A stretch of DNA of 64,000 nt from Octopus sinensis (taxonomy: Eukaryota), in assembly GCF_006345805.1 (NCBI RefSeq), contig NC_043011.1, forward strand, positions 31,632,464-31,696,463, in the 5' to 3' direction. A program made the position numbers and the translations under genes. The notes beneath the pieces were generated by a model, which was not told the DNA's origin, made no database searches, and saw only the letters and a list, made by a program, of their open reading frames with translations. This document shows positions 1 through 13,711 of this stretch, one piece after another. The stretch's first letter is position 1. Each line of letters starts with the position of its first letter.

Positions 1-3000
1 GTGTGTGTATGCATTAGCAGAAAACCTAGTTAAAAATGTATCCATAAATGGTCCAGAATTGTTCTTGTCGAGGTATATTTGATTTTTCATAAATTATATA
101 TATTCGATTGAAGCATATTAAATAAGAACATAAGGTTAAGTAAATATGAAAATGCTTCACTTCATTTGAAACTATTTTGAACATAATATGTTATCTTTTA
201 TTATTGAAATTCTTTAATTCTTAGGATGATTTTGGAAAATATCTAGAAATCAGTGTCAAGTCATAAATTTATCACTGAAAATAATTATTCCTATAACGTG
301 GAAACCAAATTGTCAAAAAAAAAAAAAATCCATGCATTCAAATATTAGCAACTACATTATATGTCTTTATTAAGAAAGAGTTAAAACGTTGAATAAGCCT
401 CAGCTTATATTATATTAGATGTATACCCATCATAGTCTTCGAGATTCTGAACGTTGTTATTAGCACCTCCGGATATGCAAGATTTTTTGGTTTTTATCAA
501 CAGAGATTATGGAGGCTTCCAGTTTTTAGCATCCTACATTAAATTGGCTAATGGCAAAACAATATTCCTCAGGATGCAGTCTAGTAAATGTCAGTGTTTG
601 CTCTTAGGATTTGTTGATTCACATATTAGTAGTTCACAAATTTATTTTGGTACGAAACTCATTATGTGATATCCCAACATTTTAATAAACTATTAACTAA
701 GAGAATTTAGATATATATGCAATAACTTAGTATTTTGAAAACAGCGAATAGCATTTGTTTTATAAAGTAAAAAGACACTTGGAACCCAAAATTTATTTTT
801 CATGAAACCTACTTTGAGAAATACTGGCTTAGGTGTTTTGGAAAGTAAAGCATTCTAGATTGAAAAGACACATTTATATGAGTGGAATTCTGGCTTGAAA
901 TGCTTACTCTCTTTTGGTACCTCCCAAAAGAGTTGCTGTCTTCTGCTGTTGCATAGCTGTGGCTGATCTAAATTACACATCATTGGGGACCTTGTTTTTA
1001 ACTGAAGCTTATGTGATGGCCACCCTGAAGCTTCCAATGAATTTGAAAATTTTGCAAGCGAATGAAATATTCCTGGTCCACGACCCTGTCTCTTAATTTA
1101 TGGGTGTACCTGTATTTCCTAGAAGTGCCTGGAACACACATGCTGGCACACACACACACACACACACACACACATCATGATTTTACTGTCCACTTTTCTA
1201 TGTCCCTATGGGTAAAGGGAAGCTTTATTGAGACAAATTTTTCTTTACCCAGTTGCTTTTCTTGTCACCAACTGTCACCTGTTTTCAAGTAAGTTATATG
1301 TTCCTTTGTTTCTTGAATATCAATAGCCTTGACATGCTTTCATGGTGAGTTGCAAGCAAGTGAAGCTACTTGTATGATGGTGACTTTCGTTTACAATTAG
1401 CATGCTTGTATAAGGACCAGGGGAACAAATAAGCTTTCTCCACTTTCTGCACTTTCTGTCTACCAAATTTTTCTTGCAAGGCATTAGTCAAGCTGCAGCT
1501 ATAGTAGAAGATACCAGCCAACAGTGTCTTCTTAACCACCCAGCTATCTATGTCTATGTTTATATATGTATATACATTATATTAGCAAGTATATAAATGT
1601 GTGTGTGTATGCGTATGTGTGCAGAGGGGAGAAAGAGAGAGAAGTTTGTGTGGGAGCTAGGTGGGTCTTTTAAGCATAAAAGAATTGCTTCATTTTAGTA
1701 TGCTCTAATGCACATTATATTGTCACACCTCTCTTGGTAACAGATGTGACTTATCAGGGTTCTTTAACCACCAGTTGTGTGTGTGTGTGTATACACTTGC
1801 ACATACACATGTCTCTGTCTGTAATATATATGTGTGTGTATTGTCATACATTTGTAAACATTATTTTGAGATGGCTAAACTGATAGGTAAATATTGCTTA
1901 TTGAAATGAGGATAACTGTTAAGTTTTTTTATTGTTAGATTGAATACATAAAAAAAAATTCTATGGCCGTTTTGTTGTCAAGCTTTTTAAAGTTACTGTT
2001 GTCACTATAAATGTATGGGATATTTAAATAAAATGAATCTACATTAATGCGTTGTGTTAACATTTTTGCTTAACTCTTTAACATCCTGTTGAAAGCTTTT
2101 GAAGTCAAAAGCTCAGTTCTGTATTGATTAAGCAGAAAGTACCTAAAAATGGGTTTGGTCCTAGTATTTAGTCTCTTATGCTTATGAGGATGGATTAAAC
2201 AGGACAGGAGGTGACATGTGAGACAGGGAGTCGCTGAGCTGGTGTGTGACGAAAGATTTAAGACAAAGGACACCAAGATAAGAACAATAATAAAACTGAA
2301 GTGAACATTGAGTATATGGTGCATGTGTTTATTTGGAATAAAAATAACAAACAATATACTTACAGTATCTTATTGTGAAGATTGGCCGTATTGCAGAAGA
2401 TATTTTTCTTGTTCTTTTTTGTAAGTTGCCGTTTGTACTTAAAAACAATGTTGTGCATGTGTGGTTGTTCTTTAATCACACAACGCTAACTAAAAAACAA
2501 ATGCATATAAAAAAAAAAGATAAAAAAAGTGTCAAGTGAAATAATTTTAATGCAATTAGTAATAAATATGGACATACAAACATCACAAACAAAAAATGCC
2601 CCCCACCCCCACCCATGAAACAGCATATCCAGGTGTGCATGAATTTCAAGTCAGGTAGGATCAAAATGAACTCCCTTTTACCCTTCACATATGAATTAGA
2701 AGTAAAAAAAAATAACCCAACAGCTATTTTTGGACCAGCAACCTTGCAAAAGGTTCAATGCCCAACCATTCTTCAGGTTGTGTTTTGGCCAGGTCACTTG
2801 ATGAGAAATCAGATTGATCAAAATCAAGAAGAATATATCACTTTGTTTATCACCTCCAAAGCTTTATCTGCCATGGATTAATCAGTTAATTCATTGACTA
2901 AGTTGTTGCTCAAAGTATAATCAGTGGCCATTTTTGAAAGTTTTGGTAAAAAAAAAACCCAAAAAACTCAGCACCACGGATAATTTTAAACAACAAATGG

Positions 3001-4584
3001 CAAAGAATGTAAATAAATGATTGAGAAATGGATTAAGGTTTTCTTCCATAGATAAGAGAGAGGGAAAAAATTTTAAAGCAAATTTCTTTAAGAAGATGGT
3101 TTGAATCATCATGTATTTTCAGGTAGTTATAGGACTGTTGGACAGGCACAGTATTGCGCTGATTTATGTCATGCTTTGTGGAATATTGTTTTGTGAGGGG
3201 AAGGCTCCAAAAGACATATTTTTTAAAGTCTGATATGATGTTCTCTGATGGCTCATAGTTCACATGACTTTTATATAATAATATATCTTTTTTGGTACCT
3301 AAGTATTTTTAGCACTCGTGTGGAACAGGGTAGATTGAAAGACCTTTGATGTAAATATTTCTAATATAAATATTTAGAACATCTACAGAGAAATTATGGG
3401 TTACATTAGTGTCGCTTGTCTAGCATATAACTACTTGATTTTTATAAAAGAAATAACAGTGGATTTAGTGCCAAAATAAACATTAGCACAGAAAGACTGT
3501 CTCCTTGAAATATGTATATATGTATGTTTGTTTGTATATGTATATATGAAAGTTTGTCTGAATGTAACTACATGTTTTTGTGTATATATGTTTGTATGTG
3601 TATGTATATATGTATGTATATTATGTGTGTGTATGCATGTGTGAGATCATAATGTATCTGTTTTGTATCAACATATCATTTTGAATGCACACTCATACAC
3701 ATAAATTCTGTGTTTGTGGCCAGAGGTTGATGTATAGATGTCGACACCAGTCTTCCCTAGCAGGCTTTTTTCTCTCATCTGACTGGTTCTGTCTGTCTGT
3801 CTATCCCCTCTCTCTCTCACATCAATAATCATGCCAATCCTGATGTAATCATATATATACAAGTAAACTTTACAAGTGTAATGAAACTTCTTAAACTTAA
3901 TCAAGTATACTAAAGATATGTATAAATACATTAGAAAATAGTTAGTTGTAAATAAGAACAGAAGAAAAGGGGCGTTTAACAGTCAAAACAATACTAATTG
4001 ATGAGATGATAATTAATCAGCTATTTCAAATAACAGTTGATGGAACAAATGGGTTTCTTTTGTTGTTGAACTGCTCAGTCAGGTCATAATACACAAGTAG
4101 TTAATGAAATTTTTAGGAACAACTAACATCTTTAGCCACCTCGAGATGCTATATATGTCTGATTTGGAACAATGATGTTTTGTAATTGTTAGTGTAAGAC
4201 GTCTTGCACCTGGAAGATTTTCTATCCAGTTTGTAGTTTAATCTTTCTTGTGGAAAGTCAGGAGGTTTAGTTAGTAGTCGGAACAGAGATTTTGTATTTT
4301 CAATTACTCAGGGCTTGTTATTAAGAGCTTTGAGTTAATGTAATTGATGGGAAACACAATTGCATAAATCTTTGCCTGTCCTTTGTGTTACATGTTATAG
4401 ACAAGACATATTTCCCTAGCATCCATACATCATATATGATTCAACTACCAGAATACTTGGGACTTACAAAAGGAAACCTTTATTTTATTGAGAACGTATG
4501 AAAAAAGACCTAACTAAAAAGTCAGACAACAAAGTTGGTTGTCTAGGACAAATTTACGAAAACGCTTTGGTTGGGCAAAGAGTT

Positions 4585-4954
4585 ATTCTTTTATTCTTAT
4601 ACTTGTTTCAGTCATTTTGACTGTGGCCATGCTGATGCACAGCCTTTAGTTGAACAAATCAACCTCAGGACTTATTCTTTGTGAGCCTAGTACTTATTCC
4701 ATTGGTCTCTTTTGCTGAACCGCTAAGTTATGGCGACATAAATGTACCAACATAAGTTGTCAAGCGAGAGTGGGGTGGACAAACACAGACACATACATAC
4801 ATATATACGGCGGGCTTCTTTCAGTTTCCATCTGCCAAATCCACTCACAAGCCCGAGGCTATAGCAGAAGACACTTGCCCAAGGTGCCACGCAATGGGAA
4901 TGAACCCAGAATCATTTAGTTGGGAAACAAGCTTCTTACCATGCAGCCACACCT
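4585..4954 (-). mobile_element. tRNA-derived SINE family A (CORE-like), full length
   Basis: Reverse complement of 26228-26612. tRNA-like head, ggcaccttgggcaagtgtctt core, A-rich tail. Confidence 0.85.
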
Positions 4955-5933
4955 AACCATTTTTTAAATCTTTAATCAAGGATAAAAAAAAAATAGTGTA
5001 AATGTATGCAAGTATAAATTAGGTACAGATAAATTGACTAAAAGGCGGAGGCTAAAAAAAATACCGATGAAATTCTATCTAAATCTGGCTTACAGTTACA
5101 TGTTCCTGATATGAATGTTCCCTCTTAAGAATCTTTTTTCGTATGTACCAAATAATCAATAATTTGAAAATGTTTTAAAATGTGATTTACAAAATCAATA
5201 TATTTTTCTTTTCTTACTTGGATACTTTTAATCAGTTGAATAAATCAACCAGAAAGAACGCAACGAAAAGAACAGATGAAATTATTTTTCAGCATGACTA
5301 TTTCAAACTCTCTTCACAAATATAAGTTATGTGATAAATATAAAAACAGGCTTGGTGTGTAGTATTCATTGGAGAAGTATCTATCGCAAGTTATTAATCA
5401 ACAATCAATTGAAATAAAGAATGACTGAAAAACTTAAAGCAATGGTCAGCGATGGCAATTTGAAATGCAGAAATCTGAATTATGCAAATTCCTTTATATT
5501 CAGACAAGATTATTTGGTTGTGGGAAATGCAAGCACCTAACCGATGAGCATCAAGATGAATATATTTCAATGAATCATTATGTTTTATTCCCATTAAACT
5601 TTCAAGAAACCAAGCCTGGATATTGCTTCAGGCAACATACTTAGGAAAATGTGCATATCTTGCCGATCTAGGAAATGTATGCACATAAAAATAATGAAAT
5701 AAGTATCAGCTTACACAAACACACACACACATTATATTCTTCACTGTCTTATCTATTAAGAATAATGGTATAGTGTGGAATCAACTTAAACTGAATGAGG
5801 TTTAACTATGGTTAGTGTGGGTTTTGTGGTGAACATGATATAAGTGACAAGAGAAAGAGAGGATTTGCCTGGCTTTTGGAGTAGCAATGCCTCTATTGGT
5901 GTGTGTACACACACACACTTGTATTTATACATA

Positions 5934-5936
<3 letters not shown>

Positions 5937-5986
<50 letters not shown>
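5937..5986. repeat. (TA)n microsatellite
   Basis: Direct observation. Confidence 0.95.
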
Positions 5987-5990
<4 letters not shown>

Positions 5991-7569
5991 GGGTATATGT
6001 GTACATGTATATATATGTGTTTATATATGTATATGGTCAGATCATTCCCAGGTGAATTTGTCATCACCCTTCAAGTTAGAATACCCTGAGGCTATTAAAC
6101 AGTACTTAAAAATGTATTGAACTGGTAAAAGTATGCAAAATTTCTCTTTCAGTTTAGTATGGTATTGAAATATGGGGAATAACAAAAATTGGAATGGTAT
6201 GTCGAAAAGAAAACGAAACTTAATGTATTGAGATAAATTACTTTTTCGTTTTCTTTATTTCCTTCTCCTCTGTTTCACTGGACATATCAATGCAAGAAAT
6301 GCTTGTAGAAAAACACAATGCAACTTCTATATTAACATATAAAGTAAAATAATTAAAACCAAAATTTATTTATCCAAAATTTATCAAGGAACATTCACAC
6401 ACACACACAACAAAACTAAAAAAAAATAATAAAAAAATATCAAGACATTTCAGGTAGTGAGCAATTGCTTTCAAGAGATTTTATGTTCAGAATCGTAAAT
6501 GTATATCACATTTCTAATGCTCTCGTTCATATCTCAGTATTTCTTCTTTTGGCTACTTTCTTCTCTCAGGATAAATTTTTGCTATTTGACACTTACTTGG
6601 ATCTGTTGTGATCAATGTAGTTTTTTTTAACAAAATCAAATGACTTTTTATAAATGGGTTCATCATCATAATAAATAAATAATGGGTTATAATTGTTATC
6701 TCTTCTATACCTCTGGACTCATCCTCTATTTATTTACTTTGCATTTTACTAAACCAGACCCAAACAGTTCAAGAACCACTTAGAGCAATGGTTTGACACC
6801 TGCACATTTCACTGAGTTTTGAAACAAATGTCTTTTCCATAACTGCAATTTAAACTGAAACCAAAGCAAATATTGCAAACTATAAACCAAAATAACAATG
6901 GTGACACAGTGACTTGGATACTGACAACAAATTGTTCTGATGATGAATTGACCAACAGCAAATTGTCCTAGTGCCAGCTTCACCATCAGCTCTAAGTTAC
7001 CATTAGCTAGAAAGGATATTTTGAGACTTGTTTTGTGGCTGGATGTCCTATTGCTAACTGTTTTAGTTACCTGCTATGATGCATAGAGATACAGTGTACC
7101 TGTCTTCATGTGGGACACACAACATGTGTATGCGTGAATGCATGTTGGCAAATGGTTTAAACATGGGAAAACTGGTACTTTTTAATACTCTGCATCACAT
7201 TTGTTCCTCTTTGAGTTGCGCAGACGATCCCATGTCACTTTTGCTGTAAGAAAAGCAGTGAACCAGTGATTGATTTACTATAAATCTGAACCAGTAATAC
7301 TATTGCACACCATATATATATATCCATGGATGCACACACTATAGAAAATAATAATCAAATAGATAAATCCTCTCCTTCCTTTTGTAAAAGAAAAAAAGAC
7401 TCATTTCTGATTCCATCCATCAGAGAAAAACTAAATAGTAAATTTACTGAAAAATAACCCTTCCATAACTACTGTTATAGTTTCAGTTTTCATTTTGAAA
7501 AACACCATTCTTTACCTTTCCTTTATTTGATCATATTTACCTCTCAAGTGATTATTACACATTGATATA

Positions 7570-8450
7570 GTTGGATAGTGTTCTTCATCTTGGTTGTTTT
7601 AGTTGCAATGTTTTGGCTGTTGTACCTCCAGCCTTCTTCAAATGATACTTTTAGTTAGTAACATTCTTGGAATTTTAAGCAGAATTCTTTGTTAAATCAA
7701 CAGGGGTAGAATTGTTGTTATTCCATTGTCCATTCCAAGAACATTCTCATATTAGTTACTCTACTTGTGATTCCATTTACCTGTTCTTCTTGAATCAGAA
7801 TGAATAGAGATTGACTGACTGAGGAACTGAACTTTTATGTCTACTAGGTAAACTAAAATATTTTAACTCTTCTATTCACTTTGTTGTCCCTATCAAATCA
7901 CGGAAATTTGTTTGTCCCTGTCAAATAATGGAAATTTGGAGCTTTTAAACCTAACTTTTTCTCTCAATAATTCCATTGAAATATCCTGTTCATCTCTGTG
8001 CTATTTCTACTTGGGAGATTGTCATGTGCTGTTTTATTTATTTATTTATTTTTCTTCAAGGAAAAATATAGTTCAGTTTACAATCATTAAAAAAGGTTAG
8101 ATTTAAAAGCCTCTCTAATTTCCATCAGTAAATTACCCTATGGGATTATAGGATAGTGGATATGAACTTTGATTAAGTGTTGCATTTTTACCTAGTGAAC
8201 GTGAGTTTGGTAGTGTGGGTCAGTCAATCTAAATATACTCTATGATTGAAATGGAAATATAGAATAACTAATACAAGAATATCCTTGGTATGGATAATGG
8301 AACAAGAACATTCTACTCTTAAGCATTTAATTGAAGGTTCAGTTTAAAGTTCTAAATATGATAGACACATGAAGGCTATTAGAGTACAATGACTGAAATG
8401 TAACTAATAGCCAAAATGAGGGAATTGGTCCTCATTTCAAGAATTCCAAT
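7570..8450. mobile_element. Inverted pair of Penelope-like terminal repeats
   Basis: About 7570-7780 is a diverged reverse complement of about 8240-8450. Both carry a decayed TGAAGAAGGCTG...CAGCC.AAAC-type motif. Confidence 0.5.
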
Positions 8451-8542
8451 ATAAACTTCCAAATGCTTTAACATTTAGTGTGGAAGGGTTTTCATAACAT
8501 TTAAAGGGTAAAAATATCTTTTTACAGTTTTAAAAAAAAACT

Positions 8543-8840
8543 ATTTGCTTGTTTCAGTCTTTATGGCCTTGTTGGGGAACCACCTTGAAGAATTTTTAGT
8601 CAAATGGATCAACCCCAATGGTTTCTTTTTTTTATGACTAATACTTATCAGTCTCTTTTAACAAACTGCTAAGTTATGGGGACATAAACACACTAATACC
8701 AATTGTCAAGCAGTGGTGGGGGACAAACAGACACAAAAGCACACACATATATACAGCAGGATTCTTTCAGTTTCTGTCAACCAAATCCACTCACGAGGCT
8801 TTGGTCAGCCCGAAGCTATAGTAGAAGACACTTACCCAGG
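8543..8840 (-). mobile_element. SINE family A, 5' truncated
   Basis: Homologous to 4585-4880. Confidence 0.8.
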
Positions 8841-11800
8841 GAAATATCTTGGTTTTAGCTGAGTATATGGATGACATTTTAGGCAATGCTGCACTCTGTT
8901 AATCTGATCACTACCAAATATCATAGCTTCAATCATGTCTAGAAATTGAACTATACTTTCTGTTTGGAAAACTGTCTTTCACATTTCTCTGTTATGTCTT
9001 ATAGGATTAACTATGTTGTATGGATATATAAATGATTAAATGCTCTGGCCTCTACAGCTGCCTGGTCTGAATGAGATGAATGAACCAAGAAAGACTACAA
9101 ATAATGAAATTGCCAAGAGAATGGATTAGTTTTTTTTTTTTTTTTTTTTTTTCTGTTTTGTTTTTATAATAGATGGTCAACAAGTTGATAGCACAGTGAA
9201 GCTTTGGACATATTTTGATGAGTTAGGGAAGAAAACTCTTTGTGAAAGAAGCTGGAAGTCTTTGTTAATGATTTCTAAGTCCTAGTCTGTTAGGTAAGTT
9301 GTAGGGATGGTGAAGATATGCAAGTTCATATTTCACCTGACTCAGTGAAGATGATGAAAAAAAAAAGTCAATAGACTTGAGTGAATAAATCAAGATCTCT
9401 GTTAAATGAGGCTTTGAAAATTGAGTTCGGAATATAAATTGCATGTGCTAAAGTGATTGTTCATGTGGCATTAAATAAATATTTCTATATTAATTTGTTA
9501 GATTATTTGAAAACATATCAAGCATTTAGTGAGATATTGTATGTAGATTGTTTTCCTTGACTGTCTGATGACAGGTTTGTTGGATAGGCTTTTTTTTTTT
9601 AGCCAATGTGGAGAATATAATAAAAGGGGTTTTATAGGATTAACTTTTGTGACATGTTTATCTCAAAATAATATTTTTTCAATAGCTTAGTTAAAGGACG
9701 AAGTGCAATGCTCATGGCTCTTTTTAGGGGCTCTGTGACTGGTAGAAGGAAAATATCCTTGTACTTGAGACCTAGCTTGAATGCTTGCATTAGAATAAAC
9801 TCTGCCAAAGGCAGCCAAGTGTCAGATGTTGTTGATATAAAACAAATATCTCTCTCAAAAATATTAAACTCTATAATAAAGGGAGCAGGTTTAAAAATAA
9901 ACTTTTAAAAAATATTTGATGCCCTTGCCTTTCAGTGATATTAGGGATACCTAAACTATTTTCAGGGGAGTTCTTGAGTAGCTTTTTTAATAAATTCAGT
10001 TATTTAAATTATTCAGAATAGTTTGTAATGGGAACCTACCATATTTTCATTCATACCTAGGGAACATGTGTTATACAAAATAATATATAGTTTTATGTTA
10101 ATTAATGATACACATAAATAGAAAATTATATTGGGTTTGGGCATAGTTGTATACTGAGATCAATATTTATTTGCCATTTCCATCCTAAAATGATCTTTCA
10201 TGAATGGCAATGGAACTTTTTGAAGTTTAGTAAATTATGCAATTAAAAATGGAAAGCTGTTATTAATTATCATAATTAAGCTTTTTGAAAAAATATTGGC
10301 ACAATAAAGAAAAATGGAATATATGTTATTTGCTTCAGTATTATTCAGAATCTTGAAAGACATTCTCTACAATTTCTTTTCATGGCATAGCTTCCACTCA
10401 GCAGACCAGGCAGTCATATTTCACAGGTAAATTTCCAGAAAATTTTCTTTCCAATCCACTAAAAACATCAATGCTTTTAAAATTGATTGTGTTCTGTTGT
10501 TTTTATAGTCTTTTAAATAGATTCTGAGGTTTGAATTGCATTTTACTCATCATTTATTTATTTCCTCCTGGTCTCTGAACTGGTTGCCAAAACTTTATTC
10601 TGCCAAAGAATGTCTTAAATTTCTTGACTTAAAAGTCTCAAGGAAGGTAGATGAAATGCCACATGCAGTTCAATTGAATTGAACGCAAATGTATCAAATA
10701 TTACATTTGATCTCATTTCATATTACCATTGTTCCAACTGGGTGTTTTATATAGTAAAATAAATGTAATCTTATTTAGTTTAGTCAGAAAGTATTTCAGT
10801 CATTTTGACTACAAAGATATTTTCCCTTTAAATGTGATTGACTTTGGGGGTTGCAATTTTAAACATAAATCAAATTCTTGCTAGAGACAGTATTATGATC
10901 TGAGGTAAAGGCACTTTATTACAATATGTGAGAAATTTGGAAATAAATACTCCTTGAAATAAGTTGTTTAGACTCTAAATTTCATTATGGAAAATAATTC
11001 TTGTAAGTGTGACCCCAACTGCATAACAGCCAAATGTATGTTTTGACTAGTTGTAGCTTTGTTCATGATCATCACATTCTTAGTGTCTTAAATATCTGTG
11101 TGTGTTTGTGTATAAATATACAAGTTGGAAAGCAGTGCATATTGATAAACTCTGAGTCAGAAATGTTATGTTTTTTAATTTGTGAATTTTAAATCGTTTA
11201 GATATTTTTTTCACTTCTTATTTCAATTAACATTTAAACTCCTTATGTATAAGTTATGAAATATCATTTGTTACTTGGTTTGTGTTATGGTCTCTCTTTA
11301 TTGAATGCTGCTATTCTACAGGTTGACTATTACTATTATTACTACCACTATGGCTATCATGACTTTCATAAACTCTTTTTGTTACTGTTGTTTTGGAGAT
11401 TCAATAACATTCACTTTAGGCTGATCATCCTCAACTAATTTTAGGATCTTTTCCATACTATATCATACTTTGAATTTGCTTCAAATTGTAGTTCCATATT
11501 TACTAAATTCAAATAAATACATTGTTTTAACAGCAAGTATTTACTAGTCTCTCCTTTGTCAGACTGGAATGTGAAAGTCTTGAAATACTGATGTATAAGT
11601 GACATTTCATGACATGATTATCCTAGGAATAAAATAAAGCAATGAAATATGAAGATATTAAAGAATTAGGTTTTGCAGCTAGAAGGAAAGTATGTATGGC
11701 TAGGGGTAAGAAGGAGCTTTAAGTGATGAGATTTATATTTCAGTATTAGATATATAAATCTTTTTTTTTTTCTAATCACACACACAACTTTGATGTTCTG

Positions 11801-13062
11801 ATATTAAGGTGCTGGATATCTACTTTACTTTGCTGTAATGTTTAGTGGTTAGCATTCTATTAAAACAGTTCAACCAAACCATGCATGACACCCATGCAAA
11901 CAAGGAAAAAAACACACACACACACACGTGAATTGAAACTGATAAAATCCATAAAATATTGTAAATCTTAATTTCAAATGGAATTCAGATTTACTATATT
12001 TTCAATTAAATTTTCTCAAAAATAAATCTGTCTTTTTCTATATTTGAAAATTACTGCAAAAAAAATGAAATGGCTTGGTCATTGGTTTCACAAACTGCAT
12101 GTATGTTTTTTGTCTACATGCAAGTACAAATTGTACCTTTTTTTCCGAACACAATTTCTGGCATTTTATTTTACTTATTACAAATGTATTGTACTTATCA
12201 GATTTTTTTGTATTTGTATGTATTTTTTCCTTCTGAAAATCAAAACTATAATTATATATATAAAGCAAATTAATCTAGTGCTGTCACACTACTGAGTTTT
12301 TTAGTTTCCTATAGAAAACTATTTCCTTTTTGTTCTATTTATCTGTCAAGATCAATAAGTAATTTGAAAATGAGTTGGGAACAGAAAGTTTGATCAAGTT
12401 GCTCTTATTCTTTATTTTTATATCTTGCTCTGGAATAATGTCACACAATTCTTGATATATTCTGGTATTAAAATTCACTTCTTAAAAAGAAAGACCAGCC
12501 TCTAAACATGCGTGCAAGATAATGTTACTTAGAAGGCTACTGTAGAAGCAGCTAATAGAAAAACGATAACTTTTGCAAAGCTGTTTATGACATTAGCTGG
12601 ATGTATTTTGGATATGAAAATAAGTTTGTCTTTTCTCTCATCTTTGTTAATAATGTAGTAGTTGTGCAACTGTATGGTTGTTGTTGTTGTGCTCATTTTA
12701 CATGTGTATACATTTATGCACGTGCACCTGCTGCACTACTTGCGTTTTTCATGTTTAGATTTGAAAGGAGCTAATGAAATTTAGATGTTATCCTTTTGAG
12801 AATTTAAAAGATGCAACAAAGTAAAAATGACAATTTTAGAAGTGGTTTTATGAGTTTCACTGAGGATTTTGTCTGCTCCTTTGCCATTATAATTAGTGTT
12901 TATAAGGCTTTATTACATTTAGTACCTTTCATTCATCTAAATGATATAATTACTATATTTGTTGTAAAAGATTATTTCAAAGTATTTACTAGAAAGAGAC
13001 AAGGTTTTGTAATATTCTGCAGTGATATTATTCTGTCTCAAAATGAAATAAATAATTATTTC

Positions 13063-13711
13063 TAATTTAAGCCCAAGGTCAGCGGTTTTAAGGGAAAGTT
13101 TAATCAATGAAGTTGATCCCAAGTACTTAATTGATACTATATTTTATCAAACCCTGAGGGATGAAAAGCAACATTGACTAAGGTGGAATTTGAACTTAAT
13201 ATAATAATAATAATCTGTATACTATATGCACAAGGCCTGAAATCATGGGTTAGGGTTAGGGGTAAGTGAACATCAGTAACCCTGGTGCTTGACTGGTACT
13301 TATTTATTCACTCCAAAAGGATGAAAGGCAAAGTTAGCCTCAATGGGATTTGAACTCAGAATGTAAAGATAGACAAAATACCATTAAATATTTTGTCGGG
13401 TGAACTGGTAGAACTACTAAGGTGGTGAACAGTTGTGCCAGATCTCCACATTAATAACAACAACAACAATAATAATGATGATGATAATGGTAGTCCTTTC
13501 TACTATAGGCACCAGGCTTGAATATTGGTGGGAAGAAACTAGCCTAATGTATAGACCACAGTGCTCAACTGGTGCTTATTTTATTGAACCTGAAAGGATG
13601 AAAGGCAGAGTTGACTTTGGTGAAATTTGAACTCAGAATGTAATGAGTCACAAGAAATGCTGCTTAGCATTTTGTGTGTCATGTTAACAATTCTGCCAGT
13701 CTGCCACCTTA
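13063..13711 (-). mobile_element. Three stacked copies of SINE family D
   Basis: Repeated ggatgaaaggcaaagt...atttgaactcagaa motif, separated by (AAT)n tails. Confidence 0.75.

Noticed and set aside
13247-13263. TTAGGG telomere-like repeats
   Set aside because: Only two units, inside the variable part of a SINE.
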